A stretch of DNA of 64,000 nt from the IMG/VR virus record IMGVR_UViG_3300014205_000184, positions 3,162-67,161 of that record, one strand, 5' to 3'. Made by a program: the position numbers and the translations under genes. How positions within the stretch are numbered: position 1 is the first letter of the stretch; the number at the start of each line of letters is the position of its first letter. Of the stretch, positions 53,801 to 61,941 are shown in pieces. The notes beneath the pieces were generated by a model. That model saw only the letters and a list, made by a program, of their open reading frames with translations, was not told where the DNA came from and searched no databases. This DNA comes from a virus. Lineage: Duplodnaviria > Heunggongvirae > Uroviricota > Caudoviricetes.

Positions 53801-53982
53801 AAACAGCTACTGTTTCTTCAGAAGATGATGTATATTTACCAGATGCGGCAACTGAAAAAACAACAGATAACAAAAAAAGACATGCTGATACTAAAACAGC
53901 TAAAGAAACACCCGTTGATTTTAATGAGAATGTTAGAGTTGGAGTGGAAAAGAATTCAGATGGATTGTTTGAAGGGGAATGA
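50890..53982 (+). CDS. DNA primase (CHC2 zinc finger plus TOPRIM) fused to a P-loop NTPase (helicase-like) domain
   Basis: Carries CCCPFHDDSTASMSVDLKSGLWNCFGC (the DnaG-type zinc-binding domain), the TOPRIM segment IISEGETDCMIA...ICYDLDMAGKKG, Walker A IIGDTATGKTE, and Walker B ALIIEEV. Confidence 0.7.
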   Translation: MENSLENTKNEIISKINLEEFFRKSVTKVTNVSSGNKMLCCCPFHDDSTASMSVDLKSGLWNCFGCSEKGSAFDFYSKINKCDFNTALEAMAKETNTSLNRKPPKKEETLDKKIAEDFHNFLLSSQTHLDAFVAKRGINLDTIKKFMIGYDIKMNRYTIPIFNEKDELMNIRKYDMNSQNRGFKMLNYSRPLLDENGVVQKDKNGKVIQECKWGTVRLFNIKKLLDRKDIIISEGETDCMIAEQNGFDVVTVTCGAGTFKQDWAKLFKDKNVYICYDLDMAGKKGAMRVASFLRNHSASVKIVTLPSELGQGGDITDFFVKFKHTAQEFFEYVKNAKDYEKIVEEEEEIFDIRLPETTHAKYKGKKIRTEVLVNGKSEPAYMIPSRIVFYCHGSKKKCDKCVMLDHNCEYEYLVDPKKPEVLDLINISKERQEFAMRRIIGVTCEECKIELPEDEFINVEEIRVVPKVDMNVTSTDYVEKTVYYIGEGIKTNQHHIIEGYVFPEPRKQLSTIIVEKATPSMDSIESFEITDDIKQRLKIFQVQPGQKISDKIKEEYTDYERNVHHIWGRHDMMLAFDLVMHSPLYMKYDNEIIKGWVNAFIIGDTATGKTELISKMREHYGVGERIGGQGLTIPGLLGTVIQMDSGRWALRWGLLPMNDKRALIIEEVTDMPQDIMEKLTDVMSSGIVSVNKANGNEKTNARTRLLFVSNTKRGAKLESYGDGPSAIREIITKDEDIRRMDFILTIAKHEVGAELINRSIDNVPQVPHVYTSPACRDRIMWRWSRRPEQEVFNKDAELEIFKVSERMLSKYHDKFPLIETGDTKNKIRRLSLSLAGFLVSTDENFENVIVTKEHVLFIEWWLNSIYCKASMGYDLYSEDAKRKYNLTEKRRQSLIEGFKMLPEWETLLKVLWESQTFRKLDVYDRVGYKDKDSVRIVFKWMSQNWLIRALGSYGYRKENNFTTILRDLVQETATVSSEDDVYLPDAATEKTTDNKKRHADTKTAKETPVDFNENVRVGVEKNSDGLFEGE

Positions 53983-54350
53983 TTATGCACACATTTGATA
54001 AAATGTCAGTTTCAGAATTGATAAGGTATCATAAGTTATATTTGAAAAAAATACAAGAGTTCGAGCGTGATACACCAGATTATAATATAGTTGTTATAAA
54101 ACTAGAAGCGATAGAATCGTTGTTGCGTAAAAAAAGACCTTCTTATTTTATTCAAAAAGAAGAAGAAATATTTGAGAGTATATATGATAAGAATTACACA
54201 CTACAGCAAGCTGGTTCAATACTTAACGTATCAAGACAAACTTTAGTAAATTGGGGTAAGAAAAATTTAATTAAAGTTATAAAAGTAGGTAGTAAATCAT
54301 ATATCCCCAAAATAGAACTAGATAAGGTTACTAGCAGTGGCACTATTTAA
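53979..54350 (+). CDS. Hypothetical protein (possible HTH QAGSILNVSRQTLVNW)
   Basis: ATGA coupling. 123 aa. Confidence 0.5.
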   Translation: MIMHTFDKMSVSELIRYHKLYLKKIQEFERDTPDYNIVVIKLEAIESLLRKKRPSYFIQKEEEIFESIYDKNYTLQQAGSILNVSRQTLVNWGKKNLIKVIKVGSKSYIPKIELDKVTSSGTI

Positions 54351-54807
54351 TTGTTTAAGTTGTAATATAAAACAAGAAGTTTCTGATTTTGTATTTGAAA
54401 AATTCCCAAATTCAGAAGTATGTTGTCAGAAGTGTAACAAACCTATGAAAGGTAAGAAACCTATGAGTAAGCAAGTAGAGGCTATTATTAAAGAGGGTAA
54501 ACACCCTGAGGACCCTAGACCAGACTTAAAAGAAGATGCTTTTATATGGAAAGAACTTTTGAAAAGATTTTGGAGTTTAAATAAAGAATTATATTACGCT
54601 TTTCATGCTTTACGTATAGGTGAAAGTAAATTAACACTTCTAGCTGATGATGTAAGATTTACATTTTCAAAAGAATATACAGAAGAGTTCGTTAATAAAG
54701 TAAGGAATGAATATCTTAATCCTAATAAAGATATAATAATAATAACACTAAAGCGTTTGGCTAATGATTTGAATAAAGAAAAGACGCTCGAAGATTGTCC
54801 ATTTTAA
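54337..54807 (+). CDS. Hypothetical protein (N-terminal CLSC...CCQKC zinc ribbon)
   Basis: 156 aa. Confidence 0.5.
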   Translation: MALFNCLSCNIKQEVSDFVFEKFPNSEVCCQKCNKPMKGKKPMSKQVEAIIKEGKHPEDPRPDLKEDAFIWKELLKRFWSLNKELYYAFHALRIGESKLTLLADDVRFTFSKEYTEEFVNKVRNEYLNPNKDIIIITLKRLANDLNKEKTLEDCPF

Positions 54808-54816
54808 GAGGAGAGT

Positions 54817-54960
54817 ATGAATATACAATGGGATGTAGTTGAAAGATTAGTACATTTTATGGGGTGGATTGTACTTTATATTTGGACTGTTAAATTATTA
54901 ATGTTAATGATTTCAACAGTATTCGTTAAGTTTTGTCATCACTGCAAAAGAAAGGTGTAA
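54817..54960 (+). CDS. Hypothetical small membrane protein
   Basis: RBS GAGGAGAG. 47 aa. Hydrophobic. Confidence 0.35.
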   Translation: MNIQWDVVERLVHFMGWIVLYIWTVKLLMLMISTVFVKFCHHCKRKV

Positions 54961-54962
54961 CC

Positions 54963-55466
54963 ATGATTTTAGGACTTAGTGGAAAAATGCAATCAGGTAA
55001 GGATACGGTAGCATTATATTTAATGAAGAAGTACGGATTTCATAGAATAGCATTCGCAGATAGATTGAAAGAGTTAGCCACAAATTATTTTAATTGGGAT
55101 GGCGAGAAAGATGACCATGGACGCAAACTCTTACAAGATATTGGGATGAAATTAAGAGAGATTCGAGATGATATTTGGGTAGATTGCGTGTTACGTAAAG
55201 TGAACGACAAAAAAAATATAGGAAAGAATTATGTAGTGACTGATGTTCGCTTCGCTAATGAATTTAAATTATTAATATTAAGCGGTGCTAAAATATTCAG
55301 AATCGAACGTAAACTTGACAGAGATAAAGAGTGTGATAAGCACCCATCGGAAACAGACTTAGATAATGAACAGTTTAGCGATATCATATATAACGATGGA
55401 ACTATAAGTGAATTATATATATCAGTAGACATGATTCTGTCGAAATATAACAATGAACTATCATAA
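54963..55466 (+). CDS. Deoxynucleoside monophosphate kinase (T4 gp1-like P-loop kinase)
   Basis: RBS AAAGGTG. Carries ILGLSGKMQSGKDT, close to the T4 dNMP kinase P-loop FLSGVKRSGKDT. Confidence 0.55.
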   Translation: MILGLSGKMQSGKDTVALYLMKKYGFHRIAFADRLKELATNYFNWDGEKDDHGRKLLQDIGMKLREIRDDIWVDCVLRKVNDKKNIGKNYVVTDVRFANEFKLLILSGAKIFRIERKLDRDKECDKHPSETDLDNEQFSDIIYNDGTISELYISVDMILSKYNNELS

Positions 55467-55480
55467 ACTTTAAAATTAAA

Positions 55481-56308
55481 ATGAATAAAATAATAAAAAA
55501 TAACATAACTTTTCATTATGCGAAAATAAAAATGAAATGTGATTTTTGTAAAAAAATTATTCATGTTATGAGGTGTCATTATTTAAAGAATAAATATCAT
55601 TTTTGCAATAGAAAATGTTGCGATAATTGGCGTTCCAAAAATATCAATGGTCCAAAACACCCTAATTATAAAGAAAAAATTGAAGTTCATTGTAATAATT
55701 GTAATATAAAAATTAACATTTACCCCTATAAAGTAAAAAGAGACGAACATCATTTTTGTAATATTAAGTGTTATGCGATGTGGAAATCAAAAAATATTAT
55801 AGGGGATGAGCACCCAAATTATGTAAAAAGAATTAGAATAAAATGTACAGGATGTGGTAAATATTTATTTCTGACTAAGAAGAGTGTTAATGTAAGTAAG
55901 CTCCGTTTTTGTTGCAATGAATGTAAATATAATTTTCAAGCATCTAAGAAAAGCTGGACGTATATTCATGGGCAAGGAAACAAACCTTATCCACTTACGT
56001 TTAATGGAAACTATAAAGACTATATTAGAAAACGAGATAAATATCATTGTCAACGTCTAGGATGTAAAATGACACAAAAAAAACATTTAAAACTATACGG
56101 ACAAAAACTGCCAATTCATCACATAGATTATAATAAAAATCAAGTAGAAGAAAGAAGATTGATTACATTATGCAGAAAATGTAACGGCGAAGTTAATGCA
56201 AACACTGATTATTGGTTTGCGTATTTTAGTTATATATTAAAACGTCTTTATGAAAAGAAAGGAGAAAAAAATGGTTATTTATTTAGCAGGTATGATAATC
56301 GGGGATAA
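55481..56308 (+). CDS. HNH homing endonuclease with three tandem N-terminal zinc-finger repeats
   Basis: Three repeats of C..C...HFCN.KC...W.SKNI.G..HPNY. C-terminal HNH HCQRLGC...HHIDYNKNQ...LITLCRKCN. Confidence 0.6.
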   Translation: MNKIIKNNITFHYAKIKMKCDFCKKIIHVMRCHYLKNKYHFCNRKCCDNWRSKNINGPKHPNYKEKIEVHCNNCNIKINIYPYKVKRDEHHFCNIKCYAMWKSKNIIGDEHPNYVKRIRIKCTGCGKYLFLTKKSVNVSKLRFCCNECKYNFQASKKSWTYIHGQGNKPYPLTFNGNYKDYIRKRDKYHCQRLGCKMTQKKHLKLYGQKLPIHHIDYNKNQVEERRLITLCRKCNGEVNANTDYWFAYFSYILKRLYEKKGEKNGYLFSRYDNRG

Positions 56309-56762
56309 GATTAAAGAATGTCTAGAATGGAGATTACACATACGCAAACACTATCTTCTTAAGGGGTGGAATTTGGTTTTTTTAGACCCGCTTAATACTA
56401 AAGTGGAGTACAAAACTATAACAGCAGATGGATTAAAATCTGAAATTCCAGCTAAATCATTATTCGCTCGTGATTATATGGGGATAAAAAATGCTGATAT
56501 AGTTATAGCTAATTTAGATGAATTTAATCAAAAACGTCCACCAGTTGGTACTCTATCAGAGATAGCTTTAGCTTGGACAATGAACAAGCCAGTGATAGTT
56601 ATATCTGATAAAGAGCATTACGTGGAACATCCATTTATAAAGGAATTTGCATCACAAATAGTTTCAAGCGTCGATGAACTTCTTAAACAAAAAATAATAG
56701 ATTATTACTTTGGCGGAATCAATAATGCAGTGTATAATGAAGATGTTATAAAGGAGATATGA
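56271..56762 (+). CDS. Nucleoside 2-deoxyribosyltransferase-like protein
   Basis: RBS AAAGGAG. Carries VIYLAGMIIG...ADIVIANLDEFNQKRPPVGTLSEIALAWTMNKPVIVI, the NDT-family pattern. Confidence 0.5.
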   Translation: MVIYLAGMIIGDKIKECLEWRLHIRKHYLLKGWNLVFLDPLNTKVEYKTITADGLKSEIPAKSLFARDYMGIKNADIVIANLDEFNQKRPPVGTLSEIALAWTMNKPVIVISDKEHYVEHPFIKEFASQIVSSVDELLKQKIIDYYFGGINNAVYNEDVIKEI

Positions 56763-57025
56763 TGCCCTATATAAAACCAGAAGATAGGTCCAAATTCACG
56801 GAATTAGTACATGCTTTATATGATGTATATAAACCAGAAACACCAGGAGAATTGAACTACGCTCTTACGTTAGTAATACAATCTTATCTATCGGGTAAGA
56901 AAGAAAGTTACGGGGTATATAGCGAAGTTGTAAGTGCTTTAGAATGTTGTAAGTTAGAGTTTTACCGTAGAAAAGTTAGCCAACTCGAAGCAACTAAAAT
57001 CAAAGAAAATGGCGATGTCTATTAA
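56759..57025 (+). CDS. Hypothetical protein
   Basis: ATGA coupling. 88 aa. Confidence 0.5.
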   Translation: MMPYIKPEDRSKFTELVHALYDVYKPETPGELNYALTLVIQSYLSGKKESYGVYSEVVSALECCKLEFYRRKVSQLEATKIKENGDVY

Positions 57026-57045
57026 CTTTGGAGGAGAATTATGAA

Positions 57046-57246
57046 ATGATACTTAGATTTACTAATGTTGTAGAAACTGTAAAAAAACTAGAGGGTAGAA
57101 AGAATAGAATAACGATTAACAAGACTGAAAAAACAAGGCTTGAGCGTATGTATGAAAAGCTTGATAGATTTAAGAATGTATTAAGTCATTGGCAATCAAG
57201 AATAGAAAGACTACTTTATAGGTATCAAGACGACAAAAAGGATTAA
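57046..57246 (+). CDS. Hypothetical protein
   Basis: RBS GGAGGAG 8 nt upstream. 66 aa. Confidence 0.45.
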   Translation: MILRFTNVVETVKKLEGRKNRITINKTEKTRLERMYEKLDRFKNVLSHWQSRIERLLYRYQDDKKD

Positions 57247-57247
57247 T

Positions 57248-57391
57248 ATGAAGAGTAAAAGCATGATGAAACGCATACGAGTACAGCGTAGAGCTAAAGA
57301 AGAAGAGAAAAATAAACTTAAAAAAAACATTGAGACATTTCACTATGAGGTGAAAGACGAAAATTTAATTAAAGTAAAAGGAGGAATTTAA
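57248..57391 (+). CDS. Hypothetical small basic protein
   Basis: 47 aa. TAAATG-coupled to groES-like. Confidence 0.35.
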   Translation: MKSKSMMKRIRVQRRAKEEEKNKLKKNIETFHYEVKDENLIKVKGGI

Positions 57392-57715
57392 ATGAGAGAA
57401 AAGATTCAAATTATCCCACAAAACGAGAGAGTTCTGGTTGAACCTATAGAAGTAAAGAATACTACAGAAAGTGGGTTGGTGATAGTTTCAGGAGGGGAAG
57501 ATAAAATACCAACAACGTTCGGGACGATACTTGAAGTATCTGAAACGATGAAAGAGTTTTATAGTATTGGAGAGACGATTTACTATAACGCAAAAGCTGG
57601 GGTACAGTTTAGATTTGGAGGTAAAAATTTAGTGCTTTTAACAAAAGGCGAGATTCTCGCTAAAATTAAAGTTGATAACTTAGCACAACAGATAGACGCA
57701 AGAGACTTAGCGTAA
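57392..57715 (+). CDS. groES: GroES-like co-chaperonin (Cpn10)
   Basis: The segment RVLVEPIEV..ESGLVIVSGGE...GTILEVSE...GETIYYNAKAGVQFRFGGKNLVLLTKGEILAKI is collinear with bacterial GroES. Confidence 0.55.
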   Translation: MREKIQIIPQNERVLVEPIEVKNTTESGLVIVSGGEDKIPTTFGTILEVSETMKEFYSIGETIYYNAKAGVQFRFGGKNLVLLTKGEILAKIKVDNLAQQIDARDLA

Positions 57716-57734
57716 TCTTTTAATAAGGAGAAAT

Positions 57735-58172
57735 ATGTTTGATAAGGTTATAAAGTTTACTGTTTTTGGAGAACCTCAGTCTAAGTTACGGGCTAAAGCT
57801 AGAATTAATAGAAAATCTGGGACTGTGTATATGTACACTCCAGAAACAACTCGAAACTATGAAGAAGGCTTCGCAGGGCAATCATTAAAAAGTAAACCTG
57901 ATAGTTTAATACTGGGCCCAATAAAGATTATGGTTAGTATTTATAGAAGCCCCCCAAAATCTCTATCTAGAAAAGATAGAGAACTTTTAGAGAGTGGGTT
58001 GTTATTCTGCATTAAGAAGCCTGACTTGGACAATTATATAAAGATTTGTCTAGATGCGATGAGGGGGATATACTTTTTAGATGATAATCAGATTATCGAG
58101 TTTCTTCCTAAAACTGGAAAATATTATAATTCAAATCCTAGAGTTGAAATTGAGTTACATTTTGACAAATAA
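57735..58172 (+). CDS. rusA: RusA-like Holliday-junction resolvase
   Basis: Carries FTVFGEPQSKLRAK...PDLDNYIKICLDAMRGIYFLDDNQII, the RusA D..DN..K..lDal pattern. Confidence 0.5.
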   Translation: MFDKVIKFTVFGEPQSKLRAKARINRKSGTVYMYTPETTRNYEEGFAGQSLKSKPDSLILGPIKIMVSIYRSPPKSLSRKDRELLESGLLFCIKKPDLDNYIKICLDAMRGIYFLDDNQIIEFLPKTGKYYNSNPRVEIELHFDK

Positions 58173-58187
58173 AATAAGGAGAATAAA

Positions 58188-58421
58188 GTGTTTGAGAAAA
58201 TTCTAGCAGGGATATTTTCAATAATATTAATCGCTATTGTTTTAGTGTTTATTATCGCATTGATATTACCGTCTATATTTTTAATATTTTTAACCCCAAT
58301 ACTTTTCTGGGTTTTATTTAATTATATAGCGCCAATATTTCATCTATTACCAATATCTTTCGTTCAAGCATTGGTTATAGTTGTCTTATTAAGTTTGGCC
58401 GCATCAATATTTAAGAGGTAG
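58188..58421 (+). CDS. Hypothetical small membrane protein (two TM segments; GTG start)
   Basis: RBS AAGGAGAAT precedes the GTG. Strongly hydrophobic. Confidence 0.45.
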   Translation: MFEKILAGIFSIILIAIVLVFIIALILPSIFLIFLTPILFWVLFNYIAPIFHLLPISFVQALVIVVLLSLAASIFKR

Positions 58422-58424
58422 TGA

Positions 58425-58847
58425 ATGAATAAAGTTAAACCAATAGAAAGAGACGCTGTTGAAAGAGGTTGCACGATAAAACATAAAACCGCATGTACAA
58501 AATTATTTATAACTGTAAATCATAATTCAAATAACGAAATTTTTGAGTGCTTCATCACCCCAGGGAAAGAGGGTGGATGTCATGCTTGTTTATCTGCAAT
58601 AGGTGCGCTAATATCATTGGCACTAAGATATAATGTACCAATTAACGATATTATAAAACAATTAAAAGGAATTAGATGCAAGGCATGCACTATGAGTTTA
58701 CATAATGAATTGGAACAAATAAAGCAAAAAAATAATGGTGTATTGCAAAAAGATTTTAAATCAGAGATACATTTTAGTTGTCCGGACGCAATTTCAAAAG
58801 CACTGTTATTTTCACATAACAAGATGAAAGATAATGAAAAAAAGTAA
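58425..58847 (+). CDS. Hypothetical protein
   Basis: 140 aa. Confidence 0.5.
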   Translation: MNKVKPIERDAVERGCTIKHKTACTKLFITVNHNSNNEIFECFITPGKEGGCHACLSAIGALISLALRYNVPINDIIKQLKGIRCKACTMSLHNELEQIKQKNNGVLQKDFKSEIHFSCPDAISKALLFSHNKMKDNEKK

Positions 58848-59547
58848 GATAAACAGATGCTTGGATTGTAGATGTAAAATTACTAAAAATGCAAAAAGAT
58901 GCATTGGCTGTGCAAGAAAAATACTTGGCGTAAAATTATCATTAAAATTTAAAGGTGAGAATGGTCCAAACTATAAAGATGGAAGAAGTCTAAAAAAATA
59001 TTATTACTATTGTGTCGATTGTGGTAAAAAATTAAACAGTCACTCTTTCTGGAGTAAATCTAAAAGATGTGCACATTGCTGTAAGGTTGGGGAAAATAAC
59101 CCCGCATACAAACATGGTAGAACATTAGTGAAATCTTATTGTAGCGATTGCGATAAACTATTAAACAGTCAGGCTTTTCTATATGGCCACAAAAAATGTT
59201 TACAGTGTTCTTTGTTAGATAAAAATATGAAGCAAAAAGTATTTGACACCGACATAGAATTAAAATTTAAAGATGAGCTGATAAAAAGGGGCATATCTTT
59301 TAAGCATCCATATAGGATTAAGAGTCACCCCGTAGATTTTTATATTCCAAGATATAACTTAGTAGTTGAATGCGATGGTTATTACTGGCATCATAAGCCT
59401 GGCGCTGAAGAGAAAGATGCAAGACATAATACAATGATGCGCAATAAAGGTTATTTCGTCAAAAGATTAAAAGGTGAAAATATATTAAAAGAAAAAATTA
59501 ATTACGATAAAATGTTTGAACGATATAAACAACTAATAGGAGGATAA
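58834..59547 (+). CDS. Free-standing homing-endonuclease-like protein (zinc-finger repeats plus a Vsr/DUF559-like nuclease)
   Basis: Repeats C.DC...LNS..F....C..C. C-terminal HPVDFYIPRYNLVVECDGYYWH. Confidence 0.55.
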   Translation: MKKSKINRCLDCRCKITKNAKRCIGCARKILGVKLSLKFKGENGPNYKDGRSLKKYYYYCVDCGKKLNSHSFWSKSKRCAHCCKVGENNPAYKHGRTLVKSYCSDCDKLLNSQAFLYGHKKCLQCSLLDKNMKQKVFDTDIELKFKDELIKRGISFKHPYRIKSHPVDFYIPRYNLVVECDGYYWHHKPGAEEKDARHNTMMRNKGYFVKRLKGENILKEKINYDKMFERYKQLIGG

Positions 59548-59551
59548 AATT

Positions 59552-60649
59552 GTGAGTAAAATTTACAAAAACAACAAGTGTTTAAACTGCGGGGAAATCT
59601 ACACTGGGGCTGGCGGTAAATACTGTTCTCAAAAATGTTCAATTTTAGCTCGACAAAACAACAAAACATCATCTAATTCTAATTCTCCAATATTAAGAAT
59701 GGAGATTATTAAACAAATACGAGATGAGGGGAGATATTTATCGGATATAGCAAAAAGCATTAATATAAACGAATCAATTGTTGCTGATGTCGTAAAATCT
59801 TTAAAGAATTCAGGTTACACGATTGAAACACAAGGTAGTTTCGTTAAGTTATTAGACGGAATACCAGTCGAAAAAAATTCTAAAATAAAACATAAATTTG
59901 ACGTTGGAATAGAGCATGAATTTGGGGTTGTATCTGATACACATTTAGGGAGTTATAATGAACGTCTCGACGTTTTGGAACATGCTTATGATGATTTTAA
60001 AAATAGAAAAATAGAAACAGTCTTTCATGCGGGGAACATTGTTGAGGGTGAAGCAAATTTTAATAAATATGACATAAGAGTGCATGGTATAACAGACCAA
60101 ACACTCTATTGTATAGACCACTATCCACAAAGAGAAGGAATAACTACCAATTTTATAACTGCGGATGACCACGAGGGATGGTGGTTTCAAAGAGAAGGTA
60201 TAGACTTTGGTAGATACTTACAACTCGAAGCCTCTGAGCATGGAAGAAAAGATTTAATACACTTAGGATATCAGGAAGTTGATGTGGAATTAAAGTCCGA
60301 AAAAGGTAGTAGCATTATGAGATTAGTGCACCCTGGTGGAGGAAGTTCATATGCTATTAGTTATGCTCTTCAGAAACTTGCCGAATCCTACCAAGGGGGA
60401 GAGAAGCCAAATGTTATTTTGTCGGGGCATTGGCATAAATCCGGAGTATTTTACCCTAGAGAAATACATAGTGTGCTATGTGGTTGTGTCTGTGACCAAA
60501 GTAGATTTATGAGAAAACTAAAATTACAAGCTCATGTAGGTTATTATATTATTAAAATAAAACAGTCAGATATCGGTATAATCACAGAGTTCACCGCGAC
60601 ATTTAAACCTTTCTTTGATAGAAACTTCTATATAAAGAAAAGCATATAA
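59552..60649 (+). CDS. Calcineurin-like metallophosphoesterase with an N-terminal zinc ribbon and HTH
   Basis: Carries CLNCG...CSQKC, an HTH LSDIAKSININESIVADVV, and then FGVVSDTHLGS...VFHAGNIVEG. Confidence 0.55.
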   Translation: MSKIYKNNKCLNCGEIYTGAGGKYCSQKCSILARQNNKTSSNSNSPILRMEIIKQIRDEGRYLSDIAKSININESIVADVVKSLKNSGYTIETQGSFVKLLDGIPVEKNSKIKHKFDVGIEHEFGVVSDTHLGSYNERLDVLEHAYDDFKNRKIETVFHAGNIVEGEANFNKYDIRVHGITDQTLYCIDHYPQREGITTNFITADDHEGWWFQREGIDFGRYLQLEASEHGRKDLIHLGYQEVDVELKSEKGSSIMRLVHPGGGSSYAISYALQKLAESYQGGEKPNVILSGHWHKSGVFYPREIHSVLCGCVCDQSRFMRKLKLQAHVGYYIIKIKQSDIGIITEFTATFKPFFDRNFYIKKSI

Positions 60650-60657
60650 TAATTAAG

Positions 60658-61104
60658 ATGAACTATTATAATCTTATGCGTTATTATATAGGTGTAATAA
60701 AACATAAATATTTTGTTATGTTGTATATGTTACAAGTATGTAATAAACTTATAATACGAAGTTTAAGACACGACCTTAGCAAGTTTTCGTACATTGAGGC
60801 TAATGGTTTTCACAATAAACTCGGTACTTTAAGTAAAACGCAATATGGTACTAAGGAGTATAATGAATTATTAGATAGTGAAAAGCCTACATTACAGCAC
60901 CACTATTCTAGAAATTCGCATCATCCTGAATTCTATGGTGGAGATATAGGCAAAATGAGTATGCTGGACTTAATCGAAATGCAAATGGATTGGCGAGCAT
61001 CCTTAAAAAAGAATATTAACGGTAATATTGAAAGAAGCTTTAAGATAAACAAAGAGAGATTTAATATTTCAGATGAGATGATACGTTTATTAAAAACATT
61101 GTGA
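60658..61104 (+). CDS. Hypothetical protein
   Basis: 148 aa. Confidence 0.45.
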   Translation: MNYYNLMRYYIGVIKHKYFVMLYMLQVCNKLIIRSLRHDLSKFSYIEANGFHNKLGTLSKTQYGTKEYNELLDSEKPTLQHHYSRNSHHPEFYGGDIGKMSMLDLIEMQMDWRASLKKNINGNIERSFKINKERFNISDEMIRLLKTL

Positions 61105-61119
61105 GGTTTAGGTGATGTC

Positions 61120-61308
61120 ATGGCGAAATCAAAAGAAGTGAGAATAAAGTGTAGAAGAACGTGGAGTATGAGCCCGGTGACAAGAATATGCCACTCTAGA
61201 AAACCGTATGATAGAAACAGAAAGAAGCAAGAGGATATAAAATTATTAGAAAGTGAGTTAATAGATGAAGAAGAGCAAGAAGAAGATTGGGATTATACAG
61301 AAGAGTAA
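61120..61308 (+). CDS. Hypothetical protein with an acidic C-terminus
   Basis: 62 aa. Confidence 0.4.
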   Translation: MAKSKEVRIKCRRTWSMSPVTRICHSRKPYDRNRKKQEDIKLLESELIDEEEQEEDWDYTEE

Positions 61309-61468
61309 AGATTGTGAAAATTATTTAAGCGGTTTTTGTTTAAAAGATATTGATGGGGGGAGAGTGTGGAATTGTACCGCAAGTAAACAGATAAGAGTAA
61401 AGTTATGTCTTAAGGGTAGACCAGATGTTGATTTTAGTTGCCCATACCCCAAGCTAGAGGAAGATTAG
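61265..61468 (+). CDS. Hypothetical protein
   Basis: 67 aa. Overlaps the upstream gene. Confidence 0.35.
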   Translation: MKKSKKKIGIIQKSKDCENYLSGFCLKDIDGGRVWNCTASKQIRVKLCLKGRPDVDFSCPYPKLEED

Positions 61469-61469
61469 T

Positions 61470-61647
61470 ATGGATGATAATTGTAAAAAAGTCACAACCC
61501 CTTTTAGTGCAATAAGTTATATAGAATTAAAAGGTAATAATTATGAGCATCATTTCGTAATTACTTGTCATACAAACAATATGGAATCAGCTAAAAAGAC
61601 CATTGATTTTTTAATAGATAAAGAAATCGAGAAACAAAAGGTATGAT
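61470..61647 (+). CDS. Hypothetical small protein
   Basis: 58 aa. Confidence 0.35.
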
Positions 61648-61649
61648 TT

Positions 61650-61826
61650 ATGACCTCACCACATATCGTATGCAGAGCTTGCGGAGCAACAGCAATATGT
61701 TGTTGTCTTATTATAGAAGATGAAGTGTGCGGATATATCTGTCCATATACATGCTTACAGTGTGGCTATGTTGAGTTGAGAGAAGAAGCTCTTGAGCGTA
61801 AAAAAAATAGATTAAAAACAACTTGA
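61650..61826 (+). CDS. Hypothetical small Cys-rich protein
   Basis: Carries CRACG...CCC...CGYICPYTCLQCGY. It is the last gene of the + strand array. Confidence 0.4.
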   Translation: MTSPHIVCRACGATAICCCLIIEDEVCGYICPYTCLQCGYVELREEALERKKNRLKTT

Positions 61827-61851
61827 CAAAGCATCAATTATGTGATATACT
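61823..61851 (+). promoter_or_regulatory. Consensus sigma-A promoter (TTGACA-N17-TATACT with extended TG) directly upstream of a terminator
   Basis: TTGACA at 61823-61828, TG at 61843-61844, and TATACT at 61846-61851. Confidence 0.5.
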
Positions 61852-61902
61852 ATATGTGAGTAAGAAAATCACAAGTCTTACTTTAGTCTCCTTTCTGTGT
61901 GA

Positions 61903-61941
61903 GCGGGCGCCGTACTCCTTTCCGGCGTCCGCTATTTTTTT
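61903..61941 (+). terminator. Rho-independent terminator at the convergence point of the + and - gene blocks
   Basis: GC-rich hairpin GCGGGCGCCG-tactcctttc-CGGCGTCCGC followed by TATTTTTTT. Confidence 0.6.
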
